From Candidatus Parcubacteria bacterium (lineage in GTDB: Bacteria; Patescibacteriota; Minisyncoccia; UBA6257; HR35), in contig BPJI01000001.1 of NCBI GenBank assembly GCA_026004535.1, positions 324,523-388,522 on the forward strand: DNA of 64,000 nt. Direction: 5' to 3'. Position numbers and translations under genes: made by a program. How positions within the stretch are numbered: position 1 is the first letter of the stretch; every line of letters begins with the position of its first letter. The notes under the pieces were generated by a model. It made no database searches. It had not been told where the DNA came from and saw only the letters and a program-made list of their open reading frames with translations. Shown piece after piece: positions 1 through 9,865 of the stretch.

Positions 1-1
1 G

Positions 2-193
2 GGACAAATTTATCTAAATCGAAATTCAATCTTATTCATTGCTCCGATAAGCGAAAATAGTCCATTGATTAACTTGATTGAAGGAAGCCAGATTCTACCC
101 CAGCAGCAACAACAACCACAACAACCACAACAACCACAATTACAATCACAACAACCATTTCAACAACCGTCAACAGCTACACCTCAGAGGTAA
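2..193 (+). CDS. 3' end of an upstream gene (5' partial), Gln/Pro-rich C-terminus (…PQQQQQPQQPQQPQLQSQQPF…), product unknown
   Basis: Frame 2 is open from the window edge to TAA at 191-193. Sequence is low complexity, so function is not inferable. Confidence 0.3.
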   Translation, partial: GQIYLNRNSILFIAPISENSPLINLIEGSQILPQQQQQPQQPQQPQLQSQQPFQQPSTATPQR

Positions 194-211
194 TTTATTC
201 TAGCTTGGGGG

Positions 212-240
212 TTGACAAATAAAATAAATTTGTGTAAAAT
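212..240 (+). promoter_or_regulatory. sigma70-like promoter for 16S rRNA (TTGACA-17nt-TAAAAT)
   Basis: TTGACA at 212-217 and TAAAAT at 235-240 with a 17-nt spacer, about 90 nt upstream of the 16S 5' end. Confidence 0.5.
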
Positions 241-331
241 ATTCATAGAAAGAAAATTTTTTTATTGTTGAGAAGACAAGCATTCTTAAGGATTTTTAAT
301 TGCCTGGGCAAATCCTAGATTCGGGGCAAGA

Positions 332-1858
<1,527 letters not shown>

Positions 1859-1957
1859 GAGAATCTTTAAAATTTAAATTAAGCTGATCTTGCCCCAAGT
1901 CTGTTAAACTTTAAGCCCAGGCAATTAAAAATCTTAATAGGGTAATTAAAAATCTTA

Positions 1958-2335
1958 ATGAAAATACTTTTAGTTGATGATGATAAATTTTTAAGTAGAG
2001 TTTTGGAGAAAAAATTATCTTATGAAGGATTTGAAGTTATTACAGCGATTGATGGAGATGAAGCTTTAGAAAAGGTTATAACTGAAAAACCTGATCTTAT
2101 TTTATTGGATATTATTTTACCTAAGAAAGGAGGATTTGTAATTTTAGAGAATATTAAGAAAGATCCAGAATTGAAACAGTTACCGGTATTAATTATTTCT
2201 AATCTTGGTCAAGAGGAGGATGTTAAAAAAGGTTTATCTTTGGGAGCGGCTGAATATTTTGTTAAAGCCAAAGTTTCAATTGATGATATTATTAAGAAAG
2301 TAAAGGAGTATGCTAAGGATAAAGTAACGAATTAA
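1958..2335 (+). CDS. response regulator receiver-domain protein (CheY-like, stand-alone)
   Basis: MKILLVDDD…LPVLIISNLG…KGLSLGAAEYFVK; acidic pocket DD and the conserved Lys of REC domains. Confidence 0.8.
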   Translation: MKILLVDDDKFLSRVLEKKLSYEGFEVITAIDGDEALEKVITEKPDLILLDIILPKKGGFVILENIKKDPELKQLPVLIISNLGQEEDVKKGLSLGAAEYFVKAKVSIDDIIKKVKEYAKDKVTN

Positions 2336-2412
2336 TGAGTTTAGCGAGTTTTTCGATCGAGTGGCAGTTAGGACAATAAATTGCTCCGTTCATAACCTGT
2401 GTTCATTATTTT

Positions 2413-2497
2413 GCCCGGGTGGCGGAATTGGCAGACGCAACGGACTTAAAATCCGTTGGCTCCCTGAGCCGTGTGGGTTCGAGTCCCACCCCGGGCA
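2413..2497 (+). tRNA. tRNA-Leu (anticodon TAA)
   Basis: Cloverleaf read by eye: acceptor GCCCGGG/CCCGGGC, anticodon loop CTTAAAA, long variable arm, T-arm GTGGGTTCGAGTCCCAC. Confidence 0.85.
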
Positions 2498-2611
2498 CAT
2501 ATCCCGGGGTGGGCGAGAACCCGCATACAACTTAACAATCAAAAAGCACTTTAACGGAGACGAAAGCGTAAACACAAATTTCAGGGGAAAATATTTATTG
2601 AGTTTACCGTT

Positions 2612-2633
2612 TTCGAGTCCTACCCCGGGCACC
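2612..2633 (+). repeat. partial direct duplicate of the tRNA-Leu 3' end (TTCGAGTCCtACCCCGGGCAC)
   Basis: 21/22-nt match to tRNA positions about 2476-2497, lying 115 bp downstream of the tRNA. Pattern of a relic att site. Confidence 0.5.
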
Positions 2634-2690
2634 TTCTTTAATCAATTCATAATTCATAAATTAACGAGTTCACGAGTTAACGAGTTTATT

Positions 2691-3446
2691 ATGAAAAAAT
2701 TATTTATTATAGTTTTTGTTGTTTTTTTTATAATCTTATTGGTTGGAGTTTTTTATTTTCAAAAATCAAAAACAAAAATGTCTGAAGTTCAAAAAGTAAA
2801 TTTTATTACTAAAGATGGAGTAACGATTGTTGCTAATTATTATCCAAACAAGGAGGCCAAATTTGCTGGCATTCTAATTCATATGAGACCAAAAACAAAA
2901 GAAAGCTTTGACGATTTAGCTCAATTTTTACAAAAACATGGTTATGCTCTTTTAGCAATTGATTTAAGAGGACATGGTGAAAGTATTGAATCAATCAAGG
3001 GTAAATTAGACTATAATAAATTTTCTGAAGCTGAAGAAAAAGAATCAATTAAAGATATTGAAGCAGCAAGTTTATTTTTAGAAAAAGAAGGTTATACTAA
3101 AGACAAACAATTTTTAATTGGAGCCAGTATTGGTGCCAATTTAAGTTTTCAATTTTTAAGTGAAAACACAGAAATTTCAGCAGCTGTGCTTCTTTCGCCA
3201 GGACTCAATTATCGAGGAGTTGTCTTGGAAAATTTTAAAAAAGAGGGCATTGGAAGTAAAGTTTTTGTTATTTCAGCTTTAGATGACGAGCCTGCTTATG
3301 TTGCTGGTAGAACTTTAAAATCTTGGTATCCTGATTTAAATTATTTAGAATTGCCTCAAGGAGGGCACGGTACTAATCTTTTTAATACCTATCCAGATCT
3401 TTACGAAAAAATGCTAATTTGGTTAAGAGAAAAACTTGTGATATAA
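2691..3446 (+). CDS. alpha/beta-hydrolase fold protein (dienelactone hydrolase / S9-S33-like), N-terminal TM anchor
   Basis: Start taken at MKKLFII (2691) downstream of the tRNA. Motifs HGYALLAIDLRGHGES, GASIGAN (nucleophile elbow GxSxG) and C-terminal GGHG. Confidence 0.7.
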   Translation: MKKLFIIVFVVFFIILLVGVFYFQKSKTKMSEVQKVNFITKDGVTIVANYYPNKEAKFAGILIHMRPKTKESFDDLAQFLQKHGYALLAIDLRGHGESIESIKGKLDYNKFSEAEEKESIKDIEAASLFLEKEGYTKDKQFLIGASIGANLSFQFLSENTEISAAVLLSPGLNYRGVVLENFKKEGIGSKVFVISALDDEPAYVAGRTLKSWYPDLNYLELPQGGHGTNLFNTYPDLYEKMLIWLREKLVI

Positions 3447-3527
3447 TTTTTAAATGGAGTAACCGATGGGCTTTTCGGTCCTAAGGTTACCCTGGGTTAG
3501 TCGTAGTTAGCCTTAGGATCAGAGCCC

Positions 3528-3701
3528 ATGCAAAAGCCGATGAGAGGCCCAAGAAGAGGGCCAAGAAAAATGTTCAGGCCCCAAGCAGGAGAAAAATGGA
3601 TCTGCGCTAAATGTGGAGGAGAAATTGAAGAACTTCCTTTTATTCCTTCTCCTGATAGGCCAGTCTATCACCGAGAGTGTTTACCTCCAAGAAATATTTA
3701 A
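3528..3701 (+). CDS. small (57 aa) basic zinc-ribbon-like protein
   Basis: MQKPMRGPRRGPRK…ICAKCGG…YHRECL. GC-rich codons atypical for the window. Preceded by hairpin GGTCCTAAGG…CCTTAGGATC (3466-3511). Below the ORF-track length cutoff. Confidence 0.35.
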   Translation: MQKPMRGPRRGPRKMFRPQAGEKWICAKCGGEIEELPFIPSPDRPVYHRECLPPRNI

Positions 3702-3733
3702 GCTAAAAGCTGAAATATCCTGAAAGCTGATAG

Positions 3734-4456
3734 CTATTTAAAATATATTTTCTTGCTGATTCTTAGATCTATTCTTGTGCCTGGAAAATTTTTAGTTAGA
3801 AAGATATGGAGTTTTTTAATTTGTTCTTCAATATCTTTGGCTGGATCAAAAAGAAATTCTCGATTCTGACTATCAATAACACCGATATCAAAATTTGAGT
3901 AAATTTTAATTTCTGTTAAAATTAAGGGTTTCCAGTTGGCATATTCAAATAAAAGAGAAAGTAAATTTTTAATCTCTGGATTTAAAAGAGTATTATTTTC
4001 AATTGGTAAATGAGAATAGATTAATAAATAATGACGTGCGACGTTCTGATATTGATTATTAGTTATTAATATTTTGGACGTCGCACGTCTTATATTTCTC
4101 AGCTCTCCAGGTATAATTATTTCAGCATAATTATCTAAATAAAAACATTTATCTTTATCACAAATTTGAGCAATAATTTGAGAACTTTTAATGTTTAAAA
4201 ATAATTTTTGTTCGAAAATATTACTTCTAATTTCTATTTTTTTGATTTCAGGAAAATCAATCATAATTTTTTTTAAGCTGGAGATAATTTCATAAGGAGA
4301 ATGATTTTGCCAATAAGGTCTTAAATAATTTTCAAAGCTTTCAGGCTCGATTACAATTTCTTTAAATTCAAAAAATAAAACAAAATAAAATATTATAAAA
4401 ACAAAAAGCAATGATAAAATAATCTTATAAGGAAACTCTTTTTTTCTCCTCCTCAT
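3734..4456 (-). CDS. hypothetical membrane-anchored protein
   Basis: 240-aa ORF with an N-terminal hydrophobic segment. Carries an in-frame copy of the GACGT-N3-ACGTC hairpin repeat pair (about 4040-4085). Confidence 0.5.
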   Translation of the reverse strand: MRRRKKEFPYKIILSLLFVFIIFYFVLFFEFKEIVIEPESFENYLRPYWQNHSPYEIISSLKKIMIDFPEIKKIEIRSNIFEQKLFLNIKSSQIIAQICDKDKCFYLDNYAEIIIPGELRNIRRATSKILITNNQYQNVARHYLLIYSHLPIENNTLLNPEIKNLLSLLFEYANWKPLILTEIKIYSNFDIGVIDSQNREFLFDPAKDIEEQIKKLHIFLTKNFPGTRIDLRISKKIYFK

Positions 4457-4485
4457 TTTTTAATTATAACCATATTATAATAATT

Positions 4486-4522
4486 TAAGACGTACGACGT
4501 CTTAAAGACGTACGACGTCTTA
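4486..4522. repeat. tandem pair of the palindromic hairpin repeat TAAGACGTACGACGTCTTA
   Basis: Seen directly: 8-bp inverted arms TAAGACGT/ACGTCTTA around ACG, two overlapping copies, just upstream of serS. Confidence 0.7.
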
Positions 4523-4529
4523 ATTTAAA

Positions 4530-5777
4530 ATGATAGATTTAAAGGATTTGCTAAGAAATCCTGAGATGTATAAACAGAATATGAAAGAAAGAAATTTTGA
4601 TCCGTCATTAGTTGATGAAATTATTGAAATTAAAACACAAATCAATTCTTTGATTAAAGATAAAGATGATATCCGTTCATTCATTAATAAGTATTCAAAA
4701 ACGAAACCCGATGAAAAGATAATTGAAGAAATAAAAAATAAAAAAGAAAAATTAAAAACAATTGAAGCTGAGATCAAAAAACTTGAAAATGAATTAGAAG
4801 AAAGATTAGAATTAGTGCCAAATCTTAAAGCCCCAGAAGTTCCAGTTGGTGAAGATGAAACAGAAAATGTTGTAATTAAAACTTGGGGTGAAATTTCTCA
4901 ATTCAATTTTCAGCCCAAAGATCATGTTGAACTTGGTAAAATTTATGATTTGATTGATATTGAAAGAGCAGGCAAAGTTACTGGTTCGAGATTTTATTAT
5001 TTAAAGAACGAAGCAGTTTTATTAGAATTTGCCTTAATAAATTTTGTTTATGATATTTCACTCAAACAAGGTTTTATTCCAATCATTCCTCCTGTTTTTA
5101 TTAAAGAAAAATATTATCGAGGCATGGGAAGGTTAAATAAAGTTCAAAAAGAAGAAAGATATTATTTGCCTCAAGATGATTTATATTTAGTTGGTAGTGC
5201 CGAACATACGGTTGGTCCTTATTTTGCTGAAGAAATTTTGAATGAAAAAGATTTACCCAAAAGGTTTTTGGGTTTTTCAACATGTTTTCGTCGGGAAGCA
5301 GGGAGCTACGGCAAAGATGTTCGGGGAATCTTAAGAACCCATCAATTTGACAAAGTTGAAATGTTTAGTTTTACTTTACCTGAAAAATCAGAAGAAGAGC
5401 ATCAATTTTTACTTTCGCTTCAAGAAAAAATAATGCAAGAACTAAAATTACCTTATCGAGTTGTTTTGATTTGTTCAGGTGATCTTGGTTTTACTGATTA
5501 TAAACAATATGATATTGAGACTTGGTTTCCTGGTCAAAATAAATACCGCGAAACCCATTCTTGCTCGAATACGACTGATTTTCAAAGTCGAGGGATAAAT
5601 GCTCGTTTTCGTCGCCAAAATGGAAAAATTGAATATCTTCATATGTTAAATGCAACTGCTATTGCTATTGGCAGAATTTTAATTGCTATTTTCGAAAATT
5701 ATCAAAGAAAAAACTACATTGAAATTCCTGAAGTTTTGATAAAATATACTGGCTTTGAAAAAATTATGTTAAAATAA
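4530..5777 (+). CDS. serS: seryl-tRNA synthetase
   Basis: N-terminal coiled-coil arm; class II motifs FSTCFRREAGSYGKDVRGILRTHQFDKVE and …ETHSCSNTTDFQSRG…. Confidence 0.9.
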   Translation: MIDLKDLLRNPEMYKQNMKERNFDPSLVDEIIEIKTQINSLIKDKDDIRSFINKYSKTKPDEKIIEEIKNKKEKLKTIEAEIKKLENELEERLELVPNLKAPEVPVGEDETENVVIKTWGEISQFNFQPKDHVELGKIYDLIDIERAGKVTGSRFYYLKNEAVLLEFALINFVYDISLKQGFIPIIPPVFIKEKYYRGMGRLNKVQKEERYYLPQDDLYLVGSAEHTVGPYFAEEILNEKDLPKRFLGFSTCFRREAGSYGKDVRGILRTHQFDKVEMFSFTLPEKSEEEHQFLLSLQEKIMQELKLPYRVVLICSGDLGFTDYKQYDIETWFPGQNKYRETHSCSNTTDFQSRGINARFRRQNGKIEYLHMLNATAIAIGRILIAIFENYQRKNYIEIPEVLIKYTGFEKIMLK

Positions 5778-5781
5778 AATT

Positions 5782-5964
5782 ATGCCCCGAACAACAAAGC
5801 AAAATAAACAATTAGAACTTTTGGTCAGAGAATTGAGAGATTTGAATAGAAATTTAAGAATGTTGATTTTTAATATTCCCGAAGAAAGTTTAAAAGAATA
5901 TAAAAATCGAAAACAAATTATTGAGGCTTTTAATAAAGCAATAAAATTATATCCTCGAAATTAA
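5782..5964 (+). CDS. putative type II antitoxin (partner of the downstream RelE/ParE toxin)
   Basis: 60-aa charged helical protein 1 nt upstream of the RelE-like ORF. Assignment is by position only. Confidence 0.4.
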   Translation: MPRTTKQNKQLELLVRELRDLNRNLRMLIFNIPEESLKEYKNRKQIIEAFNKAIKLYPRN

Positions 5965-5965
5965 A

Positions 5966-6259
5966 ATGTTGATTATAGAAACCGATGATTTTAAAAAAGA
6001 TTTAGATAAGTTGCCTAAATCAATCAAAAGACTTTATCAGAAACAAAAACAGATTTTTGAAACAAATTGGCTTGATCCTCGATTACATGTTAAAAAACTT
6101 AAAGAGTACCACGGTGTTTATTCTTTCAGGATTACAAGATTATATCGTGTTCTTTTCTATTTTAGTGGTGTAAATGTTATCTTTTTGAAAATTAATCCAC
6201 TGATTACACGGATAATATATATTCCACTGATTACACTGATTAATAATAAATCCGCGTAA
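5966..6259 (+). CDS. RelE/ParE-family type II toxin
   Basis: …LHVKKLKEYHGVYSFRITRLYRVLFYF… matches the RelE/ParE core. C-terminal about 20 codons read into the CACGGAT repeat array. Confidence 0.6.
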   Translation: MLIIETDDFKKDLDKLPKSIKRLYQKQKQIFETNWLDPRLHVKKLKEYHGVYSFRITRLYRVLFYFSGVNVIFLKINPLITRIIYIPLITLINNKSA

Positions 6260-6330
6260 ATCCGTGGCCGAAAATTATCCGTGCAAATCCGTGGATAAAG
6301 AATATCAGTGTAAATCCGTGGCAGAAAATT
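6170..6330. repeat. periodic CACGGAT / ATCCGTG repeat array
   Basis: …tacacggataatatat…aaatccgtggccgaaaattatccgtgcaaatccgtggataaag…aaatccgtggcag; about 10-11-bp phasing with opposite orientations in the two halves. Confidence 0.55.
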
Positions 6331-6331
6331 A

Positions 6332-6703
6332 ATGAAAAAATTTCAATTTTTGCCTCATACAGCTGATATTAAAATCAGAGTTTATGGGAAAAACATCGAA
6401 GAAATTATTAATAATTCTTTATTAGCTTTGAGTTCTTATTTAAAACCAAAATTAACAAAACAAAAAATTGAAAGAAAAATTAAACTAAAGGCCGAAACAG
6501 CTGAAGATTTGATTGATTTTCTTTCTCAAGTTTTAGCCCGAATCCATATTGATAAAGCAATCTTTATAAAATTTAAGCAGGGCAAAATTAGGGGTTATAA
6601 ATTCTCAGAACTTTCTAAAGACATTAAAGCCATCACTTATCACCAAACTCAACTAAAAAAAACAAATAACCGCTATATTTTTGATTTTATTATTGATATC
6701 TAA
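6332..6703 (+). CDS. archease
   Basis: N-terminal MKKFQFLPHTADIKIRVYG matches the archease HTAD signature; about 120 aa. Confidence 0.65.
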   Translation: MKKFQFLPHTADIKIRVYGKNIEEIINNSLLALSSYLKPKLTKQKIERKIKLKAETAEDLIDFLSQVLARIHIDKAIFIKFKQGKIRGYKFSELSKDIKAITYHQTQLKKTNNRYIFDFIIDI

Positions 6704-6709
6704 AAAATC

Positions 6710-6728
6710 TAAGACGTACGACGTCTTA
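6710..6728. repeat. palindromic hairpin repeat TAAGACGTACGACGTCTTA
   Basis: Exact copy. Marks the start of the duplicated promoter plus N-terminal cassette (see 9783). Confidence 0.7.
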
Positions 6729-6752
6729 AATTGTAAATGTGGAAAAATATAA

Positions 6753-6820
6753 TTGACAAAATAAAATAGTTAGGATATAATAAAAATATAATTGACAAAA
6801 TAAAATAGTTAGGATATAAT
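6753..6820 (+). promoter_or_regulatory. two tandem identical sigma70-like promoters (TTGACA-17-TATAAT) upstream of the surface-protein gene
   Basis: TTGACAaaataaaatagttaggaTATAAT at 6753-6781 and again at 6792-6820. Confidence 0.55.
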
Positions 6821-6831
6821 CTAAATTAAAG

Positions 6832-9219
6832 ATGAACAAAAAAATACTTTTATTTACTTTAGTTTTAGGAGGTTTATTGCTCAGTTTTTTCTTTCTCTCT
6901 TTCTTTAAATCTACTTCTGCTCAAGTTTGTCTTCCTCTTAATGGTTATCTTGTTTGGCCAGGAACATGGGAATCAGGCAGAATTCCTATGGCTTCAACAC
7001 AACAATATACCTTATCAAGCTCTCCTTTTTATGTTTCTGGCAATAATGTTGGTTTAGGAACAACCAATCCTGTCTATACTTTTCAAGTTAATGGAGATAT
7101 TTCAGGAACAAGACTTTGTATTGGTAGTGATTGTCGTAATGTTTGGCCTGGTGGAGGAATTGCTGGTTCTGGTTCAGCTGGTCAAGTAGCTTTTTGGACA
7201 GGAACATCAAATATTTCAGGTGACAATGCTCTTTTTTGGGACAATATTAATAAAAGATTAGGAATTGGAACAATATCACCTCAGACATCTTTGCATGTTG
7301 CTGGTAATATCACTGCTAATACTTTTTTAGGTACAATCAATGCAGCTAATATTTCTTCAGGACAATTTGGAGCAAATACAGGAGGAGGAAATTATTACTT
7401 TATGGGTAATGTTGGTATTGGGATGACTACGCCAACAGCTAAGCTTCATGTAAATACAAATGATACAACAATAGTTCCTTTTCAAGTAGATTTTTTAACT
7501 AATCTTTTGCTTTACAGAAAGCCAATAACAATTTCGAATTCTGGTTCAAATTTAACGGATTATCAACTTCTGGTGACAATGAATACTGCCTCTTTAATTT
7601 CAGCTGGTAAAATGAGAAGTGATTGTGGCGATATAAGATTTACTGATTCTGATGGAAGTACTTTTATTGGTTATTGGATTGAATCTGGTTGCAATTCTGC
7701 TTCAACAAAAATTTGGGTAAGAGTTCCTTTAATTCCTGTTGGAACAAAAACAATTTATGTTTATTATGGAAATCCAGAAGCAGCTAGCCAAAGTAAGATC
7801 TGGTACAATGTAAAACACTTGAATATTTATGGCGGAGTTTTCAATTATAAAGCCTCATTAGGAATTAATGGTTATCATTCCAGAGAAATGCAACATAGAT
7901 TAGGAGTTTCTGCTGGAGTGGCTCGTACTTGTATCCTAAAGTCAAATGGTACTGTTGATTGTTTTGGTGATAATCAGTATGGTCAATCAGAAGACTATCT
8001 AGGAGGAGATGCTATAGGAGTTTCTGCTGGATCGTTGCATACTTGCGTTCTAAAGTCAAATGGTAATGTTGATTGTTATGGTAACAATGATTATGGTCAA
8101 TCAGAAGACTATCTAGGAGGAGATGCTATAGGAGTTTCTGCTGGACTTTATCATACTTGTATCCTAAAGTCAAATGGTAATGTTGATTGTTATGGTACTA
8201 ATTATTATGGTCAATCAAATGACTACTTAGGAGGAGATGCTATAGGAGTTTCTGCTGGACTTTATCATACTTGTATCCTAAAGTCAAATGGTAATGTTGA
8301 TTGTTATGGTGATAATCTGTTTGGTAAATCAAATGACTATCTAGGAGGAGATGCTATAGGAGTTTCTGTTGGAATGCATCATACTTGCGTTCTAAAGTCA
8401 AATGGTAATGTTGATTGTTATGGTGATAATTCTGATGGTCAATCAGAAGACTATCTAGGAGGAGATGCTATAGGAGTTTCTGCTGGATCGTCGCATACTT
8501 GCGTTCTAAAGTCAAATGGTAATGTTGATTGTTATGGTAACAATGGTTATGGTCAATCAGAAGACTATCTAGGAGGAGATGCTATAGGAGTTTCTGCTGG
8601 AGGGGCTCATACTTGTATCCTAAAGTCAAATGGTAATGTTGATTGTTATACCCAGGCAAGTGACTATCTAGGAGGAGATGCTATGAATCCATTTAGAAAA
8701 TATGTCTTCCCAACACCAACAACGAATATAGGAGCAGAAGAAAGAGTACAACAACAACAGCCAAAAACAGTCTTTTACATTCAAAATCAAACTGGCAATA
8801 TTGGTATTGGGACAACAGAACCTGAATATAAATTAGATGTTTTTGGAAACATAAGAACAACAGGATGTCTTGTTTATAATGGTGGCACGCTAGGTAGCTG
8901 TATTTCAGATGTTGTTTTAAAGACAAATATTCAAGATTTGAATTTTGAAAATGCATTAAATAAGATTTTATCTCTTCAACCAAAAATTTTTGAGTTCAAA
9001 AACGAACCTGGAAGGATTTACCATGGATTAATTGCTCAAGATGTTGAAAATGTTGCTCCTGAATTAGTAACAGTTGATGAGAAAGGATATAAACAAGTAA
9101 AATATGGAGATATTCAATGGTTATTGCTTGAAGCAATAAAAGAACAACAAGAGATAATGGAAAAGCAGCAAAAAGAAATTGAAGAATTGAAACAACAGGT
9201 TTCAGGGATTAGGGATTAG
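6832..9219 (+). CDS. large exported surface protein: conserved N-terminal domain, 9 RCC1-like repeats, C-terminal peptidase-S74 intramolecular-chaperone (tail-fibre/endosialidase-type) domain
   Basis: Signal/TM MNKKILLFTLVLGGLLLSFFFLSFF. GNVGIG(T/M)T motifs. Nine repeats of about 40 aa (GGDAIGVSAG.HTCVLKSNGNVDCYG.N.YGQS.DYLG). C-terminus …FEFKNEPGRIYHGLIAQDVENVAPELV…YKQVKYGDIQWLLLEAIKEQQE… matches the S74 chaperone domain. Confidence 0.75.
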   Translation: MNKKILLFTLVLGGLLLSFFFLSFFKSTSAQVCLPLNGYLVWPGTWESGRIPMASTQQYTLSSSPFYVSGNNVGLGTTNPVYTFQVNGDISGTRLCIGSDCRNVWPGGGIAGSGSAGQVAFWTGTSNISGDNALFWDNINKRLGIGTISPQTSLHVAGNITANTFLGTINAANISSGQFGANTGGGNYYFMGNVGIGMTTPTAKLHVNTNDTTIVPFQVDFLTNLLLYRKPITISNSGSNLTDYQLLVTMNTASLISAGKMRSDCGDIRFTDSDGSTFIGYWIESGCNSASTKIWVRVPLIPVGTKTIYVYYGNPEAASQSKIWYNVKHLNIYGGVFNYKASLGINGYHSREMQHRLGVSAGVARTCILKSNGTVDCFGDNQYGQSEDYLGGDAIGVSAGSLHTCVLKSNGNVDCYGNNDYGQSEDYLGGDAIGVSAGLYHTCILKSNGNVDCYGTNYYGQSNDYLGGDAIGVSAGLYHTCILKSNGNVDCYGDNLFGKSNDYLGGDAIGVSVGMHHTCVLKSNGNVDCYGDNSDGQSEDYLGGDAIGVSAGSSHTCVLKSNGNVDCYGNNGYGQSEDYLGGDAIGVSAGGAHTCILKSNGNVDCYTQASDYLGGDAMNPFRKYVFPTPTTNIGAEERVQQQQPKTVFYIQNQTGNIGIGTTEPEYKLDVFGNIRTTGCLVYNGGTLGSCISDVVLKTNIQDLNFENALNKILSLQPKIFEFKNEPGRIYHGLIAQDVENVAPELVTVDEKGYKQVKYGDIQWLLLEAIKEQQEIMEKQQKEIEELKQQVSGIRD
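7900..8690. repeat. about 120-bp near-identical tandem DNA repeats (x about 6.5) encoding the RCC1-like blades
   Basis: Repeated tcagaagactatctaggaggagatgctataggagtttctgctgga…cttgcgttctaaagtcaaatggtaatgttgattgttatggt units. Confidence 0.8.
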
Positions 9220-9325
9220 GTTTCAGGGATTAGGGGTTAGCTTTAAGAGCGGAGATCATTTTATTGAGAATTTTCATTATATCTTCTAAAAGTAAATCTA
9301 CTTTAGAGTAATCAAGATCTTTTGT

Positions 9326-9655
9326 TTATTTTAATCTTTTTGCTATTTCTAAATGTGTTTCTAATTCAGCTCCCGAAGCATAAGCAATTCTTAAAAATTG
9401 AATAAAATCTTTTCTTGTTCTTCGCGATCTTCCTTCAGCTATATTGGCCGGGATAGAAACAGCTGCTCTTTTAATTTGACTTACCAATCCATATGTTTCT
9501 TCTTTGGGGAAATATTTGGTTAATTCATAAATTTCCATAACTAATTCAATGGCTTTTTGCCAGACAAGCAGATCTTTATAAGATAGAATTTTTTTATTAC
9601 CAGAGCTTTTTTCATATAATAATTTTACAATATAATTAACCTGACAGCTGACCAC
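9326..9655 (-). CDS. four-helix-bundle protein ('23S rRNA intervening-sequence protein' family), copy 1
   Basis: ILSYKDLLVWQKAIELVMEIYELTKYFPKEETYGLVSQIKRAAVSIPANIAEGRSRRTRKDFIQFLRIAYASGAELETHLEIAKRL. Paralogue of 28995..29378. The N-terminus differs by a 2-nt indel, so there is a possible start or frameshift issue. Confidence 0.6.
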   Translation of the reverse strand: MVSCQVNYIVKLLYEKSSGNKKILSYKDLLVWQKAIELVMEIYELTKYFPKEETYGLVSQIKRAAVSIPANIAEGRSRRTRKDFIQFLRIAYASGAELETHLEIAKRLK

Positions 9656-9674
9656 CTGAAAGCTGACAGCTGAG

Positions 9675-9776
9675 ATGAAAAATCCTGAAGTGGCAAAACT
9701 TTTAAGGATGATGGCAATTTATTTGGAGATGAAAGGAGTTTAGTTTAAACCTCAAGCTTATGAAAAGGCTGCTTAA
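9675..9776 (+). pseudogene. truncated 5' fragment of a DNA polymerase X gene (duplicate of the 29465 start)
   Basis: MKNPEVAKLLRMMAIYLEMKGV*FKPQAYEKAA* is nearly identical to the PolX N-terminus at 29465 and is interrupted by stops. Ends at the palindromic repeat. Confidence 0.6.
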
Positions 9777-9782
9777 AAAATC

Positions 9783-9801
9783 TAAGACGTACGACGTCTT
9801 A
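9783..9801. repeat. palindromic hairpin repeat TAAGACGTACGACGTCTTA
   Basis: Exact copy at the junction between the PolX fragment and the duplicated promoter cassette. Confidence 0.7.
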
Positions 9802-9825
9802 AATTGGGGTTGAGGAAAAGTTGGG

Positions 9826-9854
9826 TTGACAAAATAAAATAGTTAGGATATAAT
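9826..9854 (+). promoter_or_regulatory. sigma70-like promoter (TTGACA-17-TATAAT), identical to those at 6753/6792
   Basis: TTGACAaaataaaatagttaggaTATAAT. Confidence 0.55.
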
Positions 9855-9865
9855 CTAAATTAAAG

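Noticed and set aside
2361-2690. N-terminal 110 codons of ORF 2361..3446 and the antisense ORF 2390..2632
   Set aside because: They overlap tRNA-Leu and its 3'-end duplicate. The hydrolase has a clean signal-anchor start at 2691.
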